Below, one piece after another: positions 9,865-19,958 of a stretch of 64,000 nucleotides of DNA. Each line of letters begins with the position of its first letter. Within the stretch, counting starts at the first letter, position 1. The translations under genes and the position numbers were made by a program. The notes beneath the pieces are model-generated. The model saw nothing but the letters and a program-made list of their open reading frames with translations. It did not search any database and was not told the origin of the DNA. The stretch is taken from IMG/VR virus record IMGVR_UViG_3300021140_000006. One strand, given 5' to 3'. This stretch comes from an uncultured virus (IMG/VR IMGVR_UViG_3300021140_000006) (lineage: Duplodnaviria; Heunggongvirae; Uroviricota; Caudoviricetes).

Positions 9865-11004
9865 ATGGTGAATGAATTATCAATTTATGAAGAATTAGGT
9901 GAAGAACGTAAACTCCTTCAAGAACAAGGATTATTACCTAACTGGTGTACTACTGCTGCATGGCAGATGCTTAAAGGTAGCTACTTGACTCCATCTCATC
10001 CAGACTTGAAATCCGTATATACAAGAGTGGCTAGTCATGCTGCTTCGTATACAAGTAATCCTGCTGAATGGGAAACTAAATTCTTCAATCTATTATGGAA
10101 CGGTTGGTTAGCAGCTTCGACTCCTGTATTGTCTAATATGGGTACTGGATTTGGTTGTCCTGTTTCTTGTTCAGGAGGAGTAGTAGGAGATTCTATTTTC
10201 TCATTCTATAACTCACAAACAGAAGCTGCTATTCTTTCAAAGAATGGATTTGGTACTTCTAGTTACTTGGGAGGTATTAGACCTAGAGGTTCTAAAATCT
10301 CGGGCATTAAAGGTAGTGCTTCTGGAGTACTTCCTGTATTCAAAGATTACGTTCAAATGTCGAGAGACGTTAGCCAAGGTTCACAACGTAGAGGAGCATG
10401 GGCTGGCTATATTGAAATTGACCACCCAGATTTCTTTGAATTAGTTAACTATATTAACAAACAACCTGATGATGCTAATATTGGTTGGAATGTTACTGAC
10501 GCGTTCATTGCTAGATTAGAAGCAGGAGATCCTGACGCAATTGAACGATATCAGAAAGCATTGAAACTTAAAATGATTACTGGTAAAGGATACTTTGAGT
10601 TCATCGATAAAGTAAATCGCCAAAATCCTCAAATGTACAAAGACTTGGGCCTTACAGTAAAGGCATCTAACTTGTGTTTATCGGGCGACACTAGAATCAA
10701 TATCAAAGGTGATATGAGTGGTGAGATTGAAGTATCTATGGAAGGTTTGAATAATTACCTAGGTAAAAATGATGATGTTGAAAATTGGAAGGTTTGGTCG
10801 TATAATGTAGAAAGTGGTGTGGGTGAGTGGAAGAAAATTACCAAGTCCGCTCAGATGAGACGTAATGCAAAACTCATGAAAATTACAGATAAACGGACTG
10901 GCAAGTTTATAAAATGTACTCCATGTCATAAGGTATTCACTGAGAATAGAGGATACGTCGAAGCAAGCCAACTTCAAGAAAACGATATTCTGCTATTGAA
11001 ATAG
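9865..11004 (+). CDS. nrdA: Ribonucleotide reductase alpha subunit N-part fused to split intein IntN
   Basis: STPVLSN, PVSC, SQGSQRRGA, then KASNL|CLSGDT; intein TPCH motif. Confidence 0.93.
   Translation: MVNELSIYEELGEERKLLQEQGLLPNWCTTAAWQMLKGSYLTPSHPDLKSVYTRVASHAASYTSNPAEWETKFFNLLWNGWLAASTPVLSNMGTGFGCPVSCSGGVVGDSIFSFYNSQTEAAILSKNGFGTSSYLGGIRPRGSKISGIKGSASGVLPVFKDYVQMSRDVSQGSQRRGAWAGYIEIDHPDFFELVNYINKQPDDANIGWNVTDAFIARLEAGDPDAIERYQKALKLKMITGKGYFEFIDKVNRQNPQMYKDLGLTVKASNLCLSGDTRINIKGDMSGEIEVSMEGLNNYLGKNDDVENWKVWSYNVESGVGEWKKITKSAQMRRNAKLMKITDKRTGKFIKCTPCHKVFTENRGYVEASQLQENDILLLK
10675..11001 (+). mobile_element. Split intein N-fragment (109 aa)
   Basis: Block A CLSGDTRI, block B CTPCHKVFT, ends GYVEASQLQENDILLLK. 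Confidence 0.9.
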
Positions 11005-11016
11005 TTCTGTGTAGTG

Positions 11017-11058
11017 AAATCTCCTTTATTATAAATACTATATCATTAAAGGAGATTT
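11017..11058 (+). promoter_or_regulatory. RBS-sequestering hairpin with a late promoter in its loop
   Basis: Perfect 12-bp inverted repeat AAATCTCCTTTA/TAAAGGAGATTT; TATAAATA at 11030-11037. Confidence 0.85.
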
Positions 11059-11059
11059 T

Positions 11060-11974
11060 ATGAATTATAAAAAATTATACGACGAATTTGTTTCACATTG
11101 CCAGAATACTGATCCTAGAAAAAGGATGTTAGAACGCAATCAACATGACTTTAGATTACAATACGATTCATTATATACAGAGGTTCATCATATAATTCCG
11201 AGATCGGTTGGTGGAACTGATATAGACACTAATTTAGTAGTATTATTGCCTGAAGAACATTTGTTTGCTCATAGATTGAGATATAAAGCCTATGGTGATA
11301 GGGGCGATTTTGTTGCAGTTAGATGTATTATAAACGGCATCAAAACTAACCCAAGGTACGGAAGCATTCCTACCATAATATCTAATAAGGTAAGATCATC
11401 TTATGCCTGGATGAAACAAAATAGTTCAGATTTTCGACACAATCATGGATGGCAAACTGAAGATGGTATAAGAAGGATTTCTGAATCAAGGAAAGACACA
11501 TTTCCAGTTAAATGTGTAATTACTGGAGATATAATGGGATCTTTTGATAAAAATCATCCAAAAATATTATCAGGTGAATGGGTTCATCATTCTAAAGGAA
11601 ATCATACATATTATAATAAGGTGACAGGTGAACGTATATATTGTTCAATAAATGATGAAAGGTTGACTGAAGATTGGAGTGGCGCTACTAGTAATACGGA
11701 TGGCGAAAATAATAGCAGGTTTAGTGGTATAACAAACGAAGAGTTTTTACAAGAATTTATACTACTCAGCAACAAGTTGCAGAATATTCCATCACTGGCA
11801 TTTTTCAGAAAGGTGTATATGTTGAAAACTGGTTTACAATTTCCAAAATCTTTGTCCAAGTATAGATTCAATTATGGAAAGGATCTATTTCCGATAGTAG
11901 AAGAACGAACTGGATACAAGCGTGAGATACATCAAAAGTGGTGTAAAGATTTAAACCCTATAGATTATATTTAA
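11060..11974 (+). CDS. HNH homing endonuclease (MobE-like) between the intein halves
   Basis: EVHHIIPRSVGG.D...NLVVL...EH..AH motif. Confidence 0.88.
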   Translation: MNYKKLYDEFVSHCQNTDPRKRMLERNQHDFRLQYDSLYTEVHHIIPRSVGGTDIDTNLVVLLPEEHLFAHRLRYKAYGDRGDFVAVRCIINGIKTNPRYGSIPTIISNKVRSSYAWMKQNSSDFRHNHGWQTEDGIRRISESRKDTFPVKCVITGDIMGSFDKNHPKILSGEWVHHSKGNHTYYNKVTGERIYCSINDERLTEDWSGATSNTDGENNSRFSGITNEEFLQEFILLSNKLQNIPSLAFFRKVYMLKTGLQFPKSLSKYRFNYGKDLFPIVEERTGYKREIHQKWCKDLNPIDYI

Positions 11975-11983
11975 GAGGATAAC

Positions 11984-12979
11984 ATGATAGCAATTGAATA
12001 TTTAGATTATGAAGAAGACGTTTATGACATATCGGTAGAAGATAATCATAATTTTTTTGCCAATGACATATTGGTACACAATTGTTCAGAAATACAATTG
12101 TTCTCTGATGACGACCATACCTTTAGTTGCGTATTATCATCAATGAATGCTTCTCTCTATGATGAGTGGAAAGATACTACTGCGGTATTTGATGCAACAG
12201 TATTTCTTGATTGTGTGAATCAAGACCTAATCAATATTGGTAGTAAAATTACTGGGATGGAAAAGGTAGTACGATTTGCTACTAAAAGCCGAGCTCTAGG
12301 ATTAGGATTGTTAGGATTCCACACATATCTCCAAGAACACAATATTGCATTTGAATCATTCGAAGCTAATCTGAAGAATACAGAAATCTTCAAACATCTT
12401 CATGATGAATCGTTAAGAGCTTCTCAATGGATGGCTTCAGCATTTGGAGAACCAGAATGGTGTAAAGGATATGGTGTAAGAAATACTCACAGAATTGCTA
12501 TTGCTCCTAACCTGAGTTCTGCTCTGATATGTGGTTCCGTTAGCCAAGGCATTGAACCAATATACAAAAACGCCTTCGTACAGAATACTGCAGCTGGAAA
12601 GATTGATCGAGTGAATCCTACCTTACTCAAACTAATGAAAGAGAAGGACGTTTATTCTGAAGAAGTAGTGAAGGACATTATCAATCATAAAGGTTCAGTA
12701 CAGCACGTTGATTGGCTTACTGACGAAGAGAAGTTAGTGTTCAAGACTGCTTTTGAAATTGACCAAACTCAGATCATTAGATTGGCTTCAGTACGTCAGA
12801 AGTATATTGATCAAGCTCAAAGTATCAATCTGTTCTTTAGTTCTGAAGAGACTGAAGAGTATATTAGTTCAGTTCATAAGATGGCATTTTTGGACCCATA
12901 CATTAAAAGTCTGTACTATATTCGATCAGAAAGTGGAGTGCAAACTAATAAATCCGAGTGCATTTCGTGCCATGGTTGA
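11984..12979 (+). CDS. nrdA: Split intein IntC (33 aa, 11984-12082) fused to ribonucleotide reductase alpha C-part
   Basis: VYDISVEDNHNFFANDILVHN|CSEI; IAPNLSS, SQGIEP, DQAQSINL, KSLYY; terminal CISC. Confidence 0.93.
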   Translation: MIAIEYLDYEEDVYDISVEDNHNFFANDILVHNCSEIQLFSDDDHTFSCVLSSMNASLYDEWKDTTAVFDATVFLDCVNQDLINIGSKITGMEKVVRFATKSRALGLGLLGFHTYLQEHNIAFESFEANLKNTEIFKHLHDESLRASQWMASAFGEPEWCKGYGVRNTHRIAIAPNLSSALICGSVSQGIEPIYKNAFVQNTAAGKIDRVNPTLLKLMKEKDVYSEEVVKDIINHKGSVQHVDWLTDEEKLVFKTAFEIDQTQIIRLASVRQKYIDQAQSINLFFSSEETEEYISSVHKMAFLDPYIKSLYYIRSESGVQTNKSECISCHG

Positions 12980-12982
12980 TTT

Positions 12983-13222
12983 ATGAAACGAATCATTCAC
13001 ATTAACCAACACGTGATTAAAGCTAATGCTAAATCAGGAGAACGTAATCCTGTTATCACGTGTAAGACATACAAGGAGAACTTGTATGGCCATGAAGTTG
13101 ATTTTGTAAATGGGAAGGTGATATATAAGCCAGATGATCCATTATCCTGTGGTGCTAAGGTTTGGATCGAGACGGAAGATCCTGTTAAGGTTCGAACTGA
13201 AACTGGTTGGAAAACTTTATGA
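12983..13222 (+). CDS. Conserved phage hypothetical protein
   Basis: IHINQH and PLSCGAKVWIET motifs. Confidence 0.6.
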   Translation: MKRIIHINQHVIKANAKSGERNPVITCKTYKENLYGHEVDFVNGKVIYKPDDPLSCGAKVWIETEDPVKVRTETGWKTL

Positions 13223-13644
13223 AGAAATTATTTTTATTATTACTGTTAAGCTCCTCGGTTTCGGCCGAGGTTTATAACTTCCCCATCACTAGAGTCATTG
13301 ATGGGGATACTGTAGAATTCAAAGCAGAATTCTTACCCAAACCACTGAAACCTGTATTATCGCTTCGGGTATTAGGTGTTGATACTCCTGAGAAAGGATT
13401 CAGAGCTCATTGTACTATTGAAGCTAGTAAAGGTAATTCAGCTACAGAATTCACAAAACGATTGGTTGCTAGTTCTAAAGTTCATCAAGTCTCTATTAAA
13501 GAATGGGATAAATTTGGTGGACGAGTATTAGGTGACGTAATATTGGATGGCAAATTGCTATCTGAAGAATTAATTAAACAAGGCTATGCTCGACCTTACT
13601 TTGGAGAAAAGAAAGAGTCTTGGTGTAGTATAACAGGGAAGTAG
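13219..13644 (+). CDS. Thermonuclease (SNase-like) with signal peptide
   Basis: RVIDGDT, RVLGVDTPE, DKFGGRVL, LIKQGYA. Confidence 0.9.
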   Translation: MKKLFLLLLLSSSVSAEVYNFPITRVIDGDTVEFKAEFLPKPLKPVLSLRVLGVDTPEKGFRAHCTIEASKGNSATEFTKRLVASSKVHQVSIKEWDKFGGRVLGDVILDGKLLSEELIKQGYARPYFGEKKESWCSITGK

Positions 13645-13648
13645 AAAG

Positions 13649-13798
13649 ATGATAAAACAAATGTTTGATTGTGATTCATGTGAAACACAAGGAATGGTAA
13701 CTATAAGAACAGATGGCGTCGAGAAGAATGACGTTATCTATTGTCCGGTATGCGGTAGTCCTATCTTGCATGATGACGATGGCCTAGAGGACGAATGA
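13649..13798 (+). CDS. Small zinc-ribbon protein (49 aa, not in ORF track)
   Basis: CDSC...CPVCG with acidic tail; ATGA overlap with the next gene. Confidence 0.7.
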   Translation: MIKQMFDCDSCETQGMVTIRTDGVEKNDVIYCPVCGSPILHDDDGLEDE

Positions 13799-14226
13799 GT
13801 TGGACCTATAATGGTAATCCAGTGACCGAGCTACCAGATTGTGAAGGATTTGTTTACCTAATCACTAATCTGGTAGATGGTCGCCAGTATATTGGAAAGA
13901 AGCTAGCAAAGTTTGCTAAAACTTCCATCAAGACAGTCACTCTAAAGTCTGGTGAGAAAAAGAAGAAACGTATCAAAACTAAAGTTGACTCCGATTGGAG
14001 AACTTATTGGTCATCTTCCTTAGAACTCCAGAACGACGTTAAAGCACTAGGAGAAGATAAATTCACTCGTGAAATTATTCACTTCTGCCAAACCAAAGGT
14101 GAATGCTCCTATCTTGAAATGAAAGAACAGATTATTAATGAAGTACTAATTCAACCAGACAAATGGTACAATGCCTTTGTTGGTGGAAAAATACACAGAA
14201 ATCATGTACGGACATTATTCAAATGA
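13795..14226 (+). CDS. GIY-YIG family nuclease
   Basis: GFVYLITN...YIGKK, DWRTYWSSS, FTREI, WYN. Confidence 0.8.
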   Translation: MSWTYNGNPVTELPDCEGFVYLITNLVDGRQYIGKKLAKFAKTSIKTVTLKSGEKKKKRIKTKVDSDWRTYWSSSLELQNDVKALGEDKFTREIIHFCQTKGECSYLEMKEQIINEVLIQPDKWYNAFVGGKIHRNHVRTLFK

Positions 14227-14393
14227 TAAATATTGATGGAATTAAGATATACGAATTCCTAACTAAGGAGCAGAGGATGGAGTTGCTCTATAAGGCAAAG
14301 ATTCTGGATAAGGATGGAAACTACCACCCAGATTTCTTTAGTGAAGAGACCATTCGGAGAAGTAAGGAAGCTAACAGAATCAAGGAGTAGCCT

Positions 14394-14894
14394 ATGGTTA
14401 CCATAGAATTTACCTATGATTATGATTCGAAGTTTCTACCAATCTATAGAGAATTTTTTGAATCTGAATTTACTGGTAGAGACTGGTTTGATAGAATACA
14501 CTATATACCAGACAGAGTTCTGGAATTTAGACTTAGAAAAAGATTACTAGAGCGATTGTTGGACGAAGCTCAAATGCCAATGATGGTGATCAAGTACAAT
14601 GACGATCCAGTAGGATTATCATTCCCCCGAAATACATTCACAGAAGAAGAGAAATTCCACTTTGAAGTTGAGGATTTCCAATATTACAAAATTGGTTCAA
14701 TTATAATTCTGAGACGATACAGAAATCAAGGGATTGCTTATGAATCATGCAGACTCTTCATGGACCAATATAATCCTATCACTTATCATGTAGATGCAAA
14801 GAATACTGCTTCTATCAGACTCGCAGAGAAGCTAGGATTATCGATATCACACCTAACTATGATAAACGATATCCAATACCTCGTATTCAAATAG
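14394..14894 (+). CDS. GNAT-family acetyltransferase
   Basis: RYRNQGIA acetyl-CoA motif; NTASIRLAEKLG. Confidence 0.75.
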   Translation: MVTIEFTYDYDSKFLPIYREFFESEFTGRDWFDRIHYIPDRVLEFRLRKRLLERLLDEAQMPMMVIKYNDDPVGLSFPRNTFTEEEKFHFEVEDFQYYKIGSIIILRRYRNQGIAYESCRLFMDQYNPITYHVDAKNTASIRLAEKLGLSISHLTMINDIQYLVFK

Positions 14895-14916
14895 CCAGCC
14901 TCGTGCTGGCTTTCTT
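14893..14916 (+). terminator. Rho-independent terminator
   Basis: AGCCAGC/GCTGGCT stem plus T-rich tail. Confidence 0.75.
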
Positions 14917-14967
14917 ATTATCAATATTTCATTGATAATTAATTTCTTCAAATGATATAATAAAAGT

Positions 14968-15032
14968 GTTGACCTTTTCCTATAATCAAGGATAATGGCC
15001 GTAAGTTAAATAAATTGAAGAGGAATTATAAA
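14968..15032 (+). promoter_or_regulatory. Repeated early promoter/RBS cassette
   Basis: GTTGAC-N17-GATAAT-GGCCGTAAGTT...GAGGAATTATAAAATG. Confidence 0.85.
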
Positions 15033-15245
15033 ATGAACAAAGAACAACAAATCCAAGCAAGTTTAGATGCATTATTTGAAAATGCAAAAGAATCATCTCG
15101 AAATGCTAGTTGGAATGTTGATAAAACAGTGAACTATGCTTATGTCACTGGTTACTACGAATCTGCTTTCAGCAATATGTTGAAAGATATGAATCTGACT
15201 AAAGCTCAGATGGATATTTTAATAAAAAGATGTGAAATTATTTAA
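15033..15245 (+). CDS. Early hypothetical protein
   Basis: ATG directly after the cassette RBS. Confidence 0.7.
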   Translation: MNKEQQIQASLDALFENAKESSRNASWNVDKTVNYAYVTGYYESAFSNMLKDMNLTKAQMDILIKRCEII

Positions 15246-15252
15246 ATAAAGT

Positions 15253-15337
15253 GTTGACCTTTCCATCAATTGATGGATAATAGCCGTAAGTTAACCAATC
15301 GGGTTAACAAATTTAAACTTGATATAGGAATTATAAA
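15253..15337 (+). promoter_or_regulatory. Repeated early promoter cassette with GTTAACC/GGTTAAC stem-loop
   Basis: Same consensus as 14968. Confidence 0.85.
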
Positions 15338-16045
15338 ATGAGAAAAGGTACTACTAAATTTGTTTCGGCTACTCCAGCTTTCCAACAAACTTCTAACAAA
15401 CAACTAGAACAAGCATTCAAAGTGATTGCTTTTGCTAGAATGAAAAATGCTAACATCACTTCAGTAGAAGAAATTGAAGTTGAAGCAAATCGCGTTGAAA
15501 GATGTGTAGAGTTCAACTATGCATACAACAGCCACGACTTATCGTTCTCTGATTTTGCTACACAATTCCTGAAAGATAACTTCAAAGAAATGGTGTTTGG
15601 TACTAAATTCAATGGCGATTACTTAGAAGACATCCAAGATCCTATTGCTGAACGTGAATACTTCTCTCCTGAATTCGTATTGGTGGCTTAAATGATAAAT
15701 GCAAAGAAAGAACTTGTTGATGCTCTTGATGATATTACTAAAAAATATTCAGTATCTGTAAAGTGTGCTTGGGTATCATACAAAAGATTTTCAGAGGTGT
15801 CTAGTGCTCACGCTTACTTACCAGTAGGTTTTGAACAATATGAGTTAGAGTCCTTTATGAAAGATTTAGATTTTAACTATGATGATGGGTATGGTAGTCA
15901 AGAGCTGCATGGTGAAGTGTATTTTGATGATGGATCCTGGATGGAACGAGCAGAGTATGATGGTTCTGAGTGGTGGGAATACAAAAGAACTCCAGAGATT
16001 CCAAGTTTCCTTACAGTAGAACAAGATTGGATTTCTAATACATAA
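15338..16045 (+). CDS. Two early hypothetical proteins (15338-15691 and 15692-16045)
   Basis: Abutting ORFs behind the cassette; the second has a YDDGYGSQEL..EYDGSEWW motif. Confidence 0.6.
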
Positions 16046-16047
16046 TT

Positions 16048-16114
16048 GTTGACCTTTCCACAAGGACGTGGGACAATAGCCGTAACTTAATAAAACTTGA
16101 AGAGGAATTACAAA
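16048..16114 (+). promoter_or_regulatory. Repeated early promoter cassette
   Basis: GTTGAC-N17-GACAAT-AGCCGTAACTT...GAGGAATT. Confidence 0.8.
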
Positions 16115-17398
16115 ATGAGCATCTATCCTATCATTAATGAACTTAAATCTACATCATCAAGATTAGACAAAGAGTCTATCTTGAAAAGTCATGTAGATAA
16201 CAGTTTACTCAAATCTGTTCTCGTGAGAACCTTTGCTTCTCATATCAATTACTACCAACGTAAGATTCCTGCTTATTCTACCAATGGAAACAACATTGAG
16301 TTGGTTGAAGCATTGGAACGTATGAATGATCTTGCTGATCGTAAAGTGACTGGTAATAAAGCAATCGAAGTCTTATCTAATATCCTTTCTGACGTTTCTG
16401 TTGATGATGCTAAAGTAATCGAGTTGATTATTAAGAAGGACCTTGATTGTGGTATTGGTGTTCCTACTATTAACAAAGTGTGGAAGGATTTGATTCCTAC
16501 CTTTGACGTTATGTTGTGTTCTCCAATGAACGACAAAGTACTTGCTAAAATCAAGTATCCTGCTATGGCTCAACTCAAGATGGATGGGTTGAGATGTAAT
16601 GTTGTAGTTTACAATGGTGCAGTTACTTTTTATTCTCGTAATGGTAAGACATTTGATTTGTTAGGAAATCTTGAGCAAGAATTCCTAGATGCTGCTCGTG
16701 GTATGAATGTAGTATTTGATGGAGAATTGTTGGTTACTAAATGGGGTGTGGTGGTTCCTCGTGCAATCGGTAACGGTATTCTGAATAAAGCTAACAAAGG
16801 TACGATTACTCCTGAAGAAGCTGAATTGATTACTATGACTGTATGGGATATTATTTCCTACGATAATTGGGTGAAGGGTAAAGAAGAAATGATTTACGTT
16901 CACAGATATAATCGTCTCATTAGTCTGAATCTTCGTGGTAAAATTAATCTAGTTCCAAGTGTAGAGGTCAAATCATTAGATGAAGCAAAAACTGTATATG
17001 AGAATTACTACTCTAAAGGATATGAAGGTATCATTCTTAAAAATACTGATACTATTTGGGAACCTAAAAGATCACAGACTCAAGTTAAATTCAAAGGTGA
17101 AGAAACTACTTCTCTCCGAGTAGTAGGAATTCAGCAAGGTAATGAAGGTACTAAGTATGAAGGTCAGATTGGTGCTCTTATTTGTGAATCTGAAGATGGC
17201 CTTTTGAAAGTCAATGTTGGTTCTGGTCTGAATGATGATGATAGACTCAATGGAGATTTCCTCGGTAAAATTATTGAAGTAAAATACAATGCTAAAATTA
17301 GTTCGAAAGGTACTGATACTTGGTCACTATTCCTTCCTAGATACTTAGAAGTAAGAATTGACCGTGATACTGCTGATACATTAGACCACATTAAATAG
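16115..17398 (+). CDS. 30: ATP-dependent DNA ligase (gp30)
   Basis: QLKMDGLR, VFDGEL, EGIILK, VGSG, SLFLPR. Confidence 0.95.
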   Translation: MSIYPIINELKSTSSRLDKESILKSHVDNSLLKSVLVRTFASHINYYQRKIPAYSTNGNNIELVEALERMNDLADRKVTGNKAIEVLSNILSDVSVDDAKVIELIIKKDLDCGIGVPTINKVWKDLIPTFDVMLCSPMNDKVLAKIKYPAMAQLKMDGLRCNVVVYNGAVTFYSRNGKTFDLLGNLEQEFLDAARGMNVVFDGELLVTKWGVVVPRAIGNGILNKANKGTITPEEAELITMTVWDIISYDNWVKGKEEMIYVHRYNRLISLNLRGKINLVPSVEVKSLDEAKTVYENYYSKGYEGIILKNTDTIWEPKRSQTQVKFKGEETTSLRVVGIQQGNEGTKYEGQIGALICESEDGLLKVNVGSGLNDDDRLNGDFLGKIIEVKYNAKISSKGTDTWSLFLPRYLEVRIDRDTADTLDHIK

Positions 17399-17407
17399 GA
17401 AAATATT

Positions 17408-17770
17408 ATGAATATCGAAACACACTCAACAAAGAAGCGAATCATTATTACTGAAGGTGTTGATAGTATTATTGTTAAGTTTAAACATATTCCCATCTTT
17501 CTAATGATGCTCCAGAAACATTATGGAGAGTTTTCTGAAGGTGATGTATTTGGAAAGTTTGAAGTTGTGAAAAGATCTGGAGGAGTCGATACTATTGTTA
17601 GAAAAATAGGTAAGTCTGGTTCTAAGTATGCAATAGGTAATTACGTCGATGGCGATAGATTATATGGGTTAGAATTTGATCCTTATCTTGAAGTGACTGA
17701 GGAGTCGGTAAAACAATTGATTCTGTTGTTGGCTGATCATTATATTAAGGTTATGAATGAAGAAAATTGA
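17408..17770 (+). CDS. Hypothetical protein
   Basis: ORF with AGGA RBS. Confidence 0.55.
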   Translation: MNIETHSTKKRIIITEGVDSIIVKFKHIPIFLMMLQKHYGEFSEGDVFGKFEVVKRSGGVDTIVRKIGKSGSKYAIGNYVDGDRLYGLEFDPYLEVTEESVKQLILLLADHYIKVMNEEN

Positions 17771-18035
17771 TATACTGTTAAGAATGTTGGGTAATAGATT
17801 TTGTAGGATTCCTAAACGTATTGCTAATGCTAATAGATTACACAAGATGCTAACAGGAAGAAACAAAAAGATGTACTTTCATGGGAGAAGTAACAAGTGG
17901 ACACGATGGAAGAAATAGTCGAATATCGGCATAACTGGGTTAAGGCAGAATTAGCTGACCCAAAGTACAGACACAAAGTAATCAAGCTGAAAACTGATTA
18001 TAAACGTGAACAGAAATCTTTGACTAAATTGAAAT

Positions 18036-18308
18036 ATGAACTGGATACTGATAATGACTAGAGAAGACTTACTGAACCAACTTAAAGTGTCTGACGTTAC
18101 AATCGTATTCACTAAGAAGGACGGTACTGAACGAACATTGATAGGAACTTTGGATCCTTCTAAATTTCCTGCAAGAGAATCTACTGAACCTAAAGAGGGT
18201 AAACGAGAAGTTTCGACTGATGCTATTGCTGTAGTCGATACTGAGATTCAACAATGGCGTTCATTCAATTTTGCCAATGTAATTTCTATTAATGGAGAAC
18301 CACAATGA
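18036..18308 (+). CDS. SH3/WYL-like small protein
   Basis: FTKKDGTERTLIGTL...WRSF. Confidence 0.7.
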   Translation: MNWILIMTREDLLNQLKVSDVTIVFTKKDGTERTLIGTLDPSKFPARESTEPKEGKREVSTDAIAVVDTEIQQWRSFNFANVISINGEPQ

Positions 18309-18386
18309 TCTTATTATACATGGTAACTGGTGCAACTATTGCTACTGGAATTTGGTTAACATTCTATACATTTAAAGGATAACAAA

Positions 18387-18779
18387 ATGGTCTGGTTTAC
18401 TAACGAAAAAAAGATACAAGAGTTGGGAAATAATCTTGCTAATCTGCATGTTAAGTACGACAATCTAAAACGTAAGAATAATGAGTTAGAAGATAAAATA
18501 TCAAATTTAGATATGCAACTCAAAAGACTCGAAATAGATAATCGTAATCTTAAAATTGCTTTTAGTGAGAATTTTAAAAAATCGATAACTACGTTTCCAG
18601 TTACTGAAAGTCTAGTCGACCATTCTATCGTAGTTACTAATGCTAATATAGTTTCAACTGTCGTAACCAACCCATACAGTACTAATGATATTATTAGCAG
18701 CTCATCATCTGCAAGTTCTTGTGATTGTGCTTGTAGTTCTGATTCATCTTCATCTAGTGATTGTGGATCATGCGATTAA
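18387..18779 (+). CDS. Coiled-coil protein with Ser/Cys-rich tail
   Basis: Ends SSSSDCGSCD. Confidence 0.55.
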   Translation: MVWFTNEKKIQELGNNLANLHVKYDNLKRKNNELEDKISNLDMQLKRLEIDNRNLKIAFSENFKKSITTFPVTESLVDHSIVVTNANIVSTVVTNPYSTNDIISSSSSASSCDCACSSDSSSSSDCGSCD

Positions 18780-18786
18780 AATAATT

Positions 18787-18850
18787 GTTGACATTCCCAC
18801 ATGGACGTGGGACAATGGTACATCATTTTTAATCAACGAGGATTTATATT
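18787..18850 (+). promoter_or_regulatory. Divergent copy of the early promoter cassette
   Basis: GTTGAC-N17-GACAAT...GAGGATTTATATTATG. Confidence 0.7.
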
Positions 18851-19948
18851 ATGGCTACAGCATCAGAAACTAACAGAGCTACTAAACGTAGAGAAACAGT
18901 TGCTAAACTTAATGCTAAGGTGAAAGGAGTAGGTGAACCCACTATCAGTTTTCTAACATACAAACTTGATCTTATTCAAGCTCTCAACTGGTACAACATT
19001 TACGCTACCAATACCGAAAAGAAGATTTGGGCTTTGGCTTACATCACAGATCACAAGCAGAAAGTACTATTAAATAAAGTTGATGAATCCTCATTCCGTC
19101 AAGTCGGTACTCTTGCTAGACTCATTAGTAATGATCAGTATTTGGATTCTAACGAACTTGCTTTCATGAACAATAAATTCAAAGAGCTTTTGAATTCTGT
19201 TGTATCTACTAAAACCAAGTCTGCTCCTAAGAAGGCTTCTAATCAAGACAAGTATAAAGATGAGCTATCAACCTTCATTGCTGATATTGATGAGGAGATT
19301 GATATATTCATTAAGCAAGGATATCCTAAAAACTTTTCATTCAAAACTTCTGCTAAGTCTATTACTGGGCAAGCAGCTAAATTAGTTCCTAGTGTGTATA
19401 AAGCACAGATTGATGAATTACAAGAGACTATCAACGGTACTTGTGAACAATTGAATGAAGGATATGGTCATTTGAAATCTACTCAGATCAAATCATATTT
19501 GAAGTTATTGAAAGATTTGGTTATGTCGTGTTCTCAACAAGTGGTTAGTGTTAAGAAGCCTACTGTTACTAAGAAACCAAAGTCTCCTGCTGTAGCTGTA
19601 AAATTACTGAAGTTTCTTGCCAAGTTTGATGAGCTAAAGTTGGTATCAGAAAAACCAGTCAAGATTGTTGATTGTCAGGAAGTATGGTTGTATGATACTG
19701 TTAAAAGAAAGTTACAAATGTATAAGGCTGTAAAAGGATCCAAAATTTCAGTCAGTCGTTCCTCTATAGTAGGATTTGATATTGAGGCATCTTGCTCCAA
19801 AGCAATTAGAAAACCAGAACTGTTGGTAGAGTATGCTAAACTTGGTAAGAGAGAACTTGGGAAGTTGTTCCAAGATATGAAATCCAAAGCTCATTCTGTT
19901 ACTGGTCGTACTAATGAGAATGTTATTATTTTAAAAGTATTTGCATAA
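18851..19948 (+). CDS. Conserved T4-like hypothetical protein preceding rnh
   Basis: ALNWYN, L.EGY, WLYDT..RKL, GRTNEN motifs. Confidence 0.7.
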   Translation: MATASETNRATKRRETVAKLNAKVKGVGEPTISFLTYKLDLIQALNWYNIYATNTEKKIWALAYITDHKQKVLLNKVDESSFRQVGTLARLISNDQYLDSNELAFMNNKFKELLNSVVSTKTKSAPKKASNQDKYKDELSTFIADIDEEIDIFIKQGYPKNFSFKTSAKSITGQAAKLVPSVYKAQIDELQETINGTCEQLNEGYGHLKSTQIKSYLKLLKDLVMSCSQQVVSVKKPTVTKKPKSPAVAVKLLKFLAKFDELKLVSEKPVKIVDCQEVWLYDTVKRKLQMYKAVKGSKISVSRSSIVGFDIEASCSKAIRKPELLVEYAKLGKRELGKLFQDMKSKAHSVTGRTNENVIILKVFA

Positions 19949-19958
19949 GGAATCTAAA

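Noticed and set aside
11004..11984. Group I intron as the explanation for split nrdA
   Set aside because: Flanking non-coding gaps are only 55 and 9 nt, and intein motifs explain the junction
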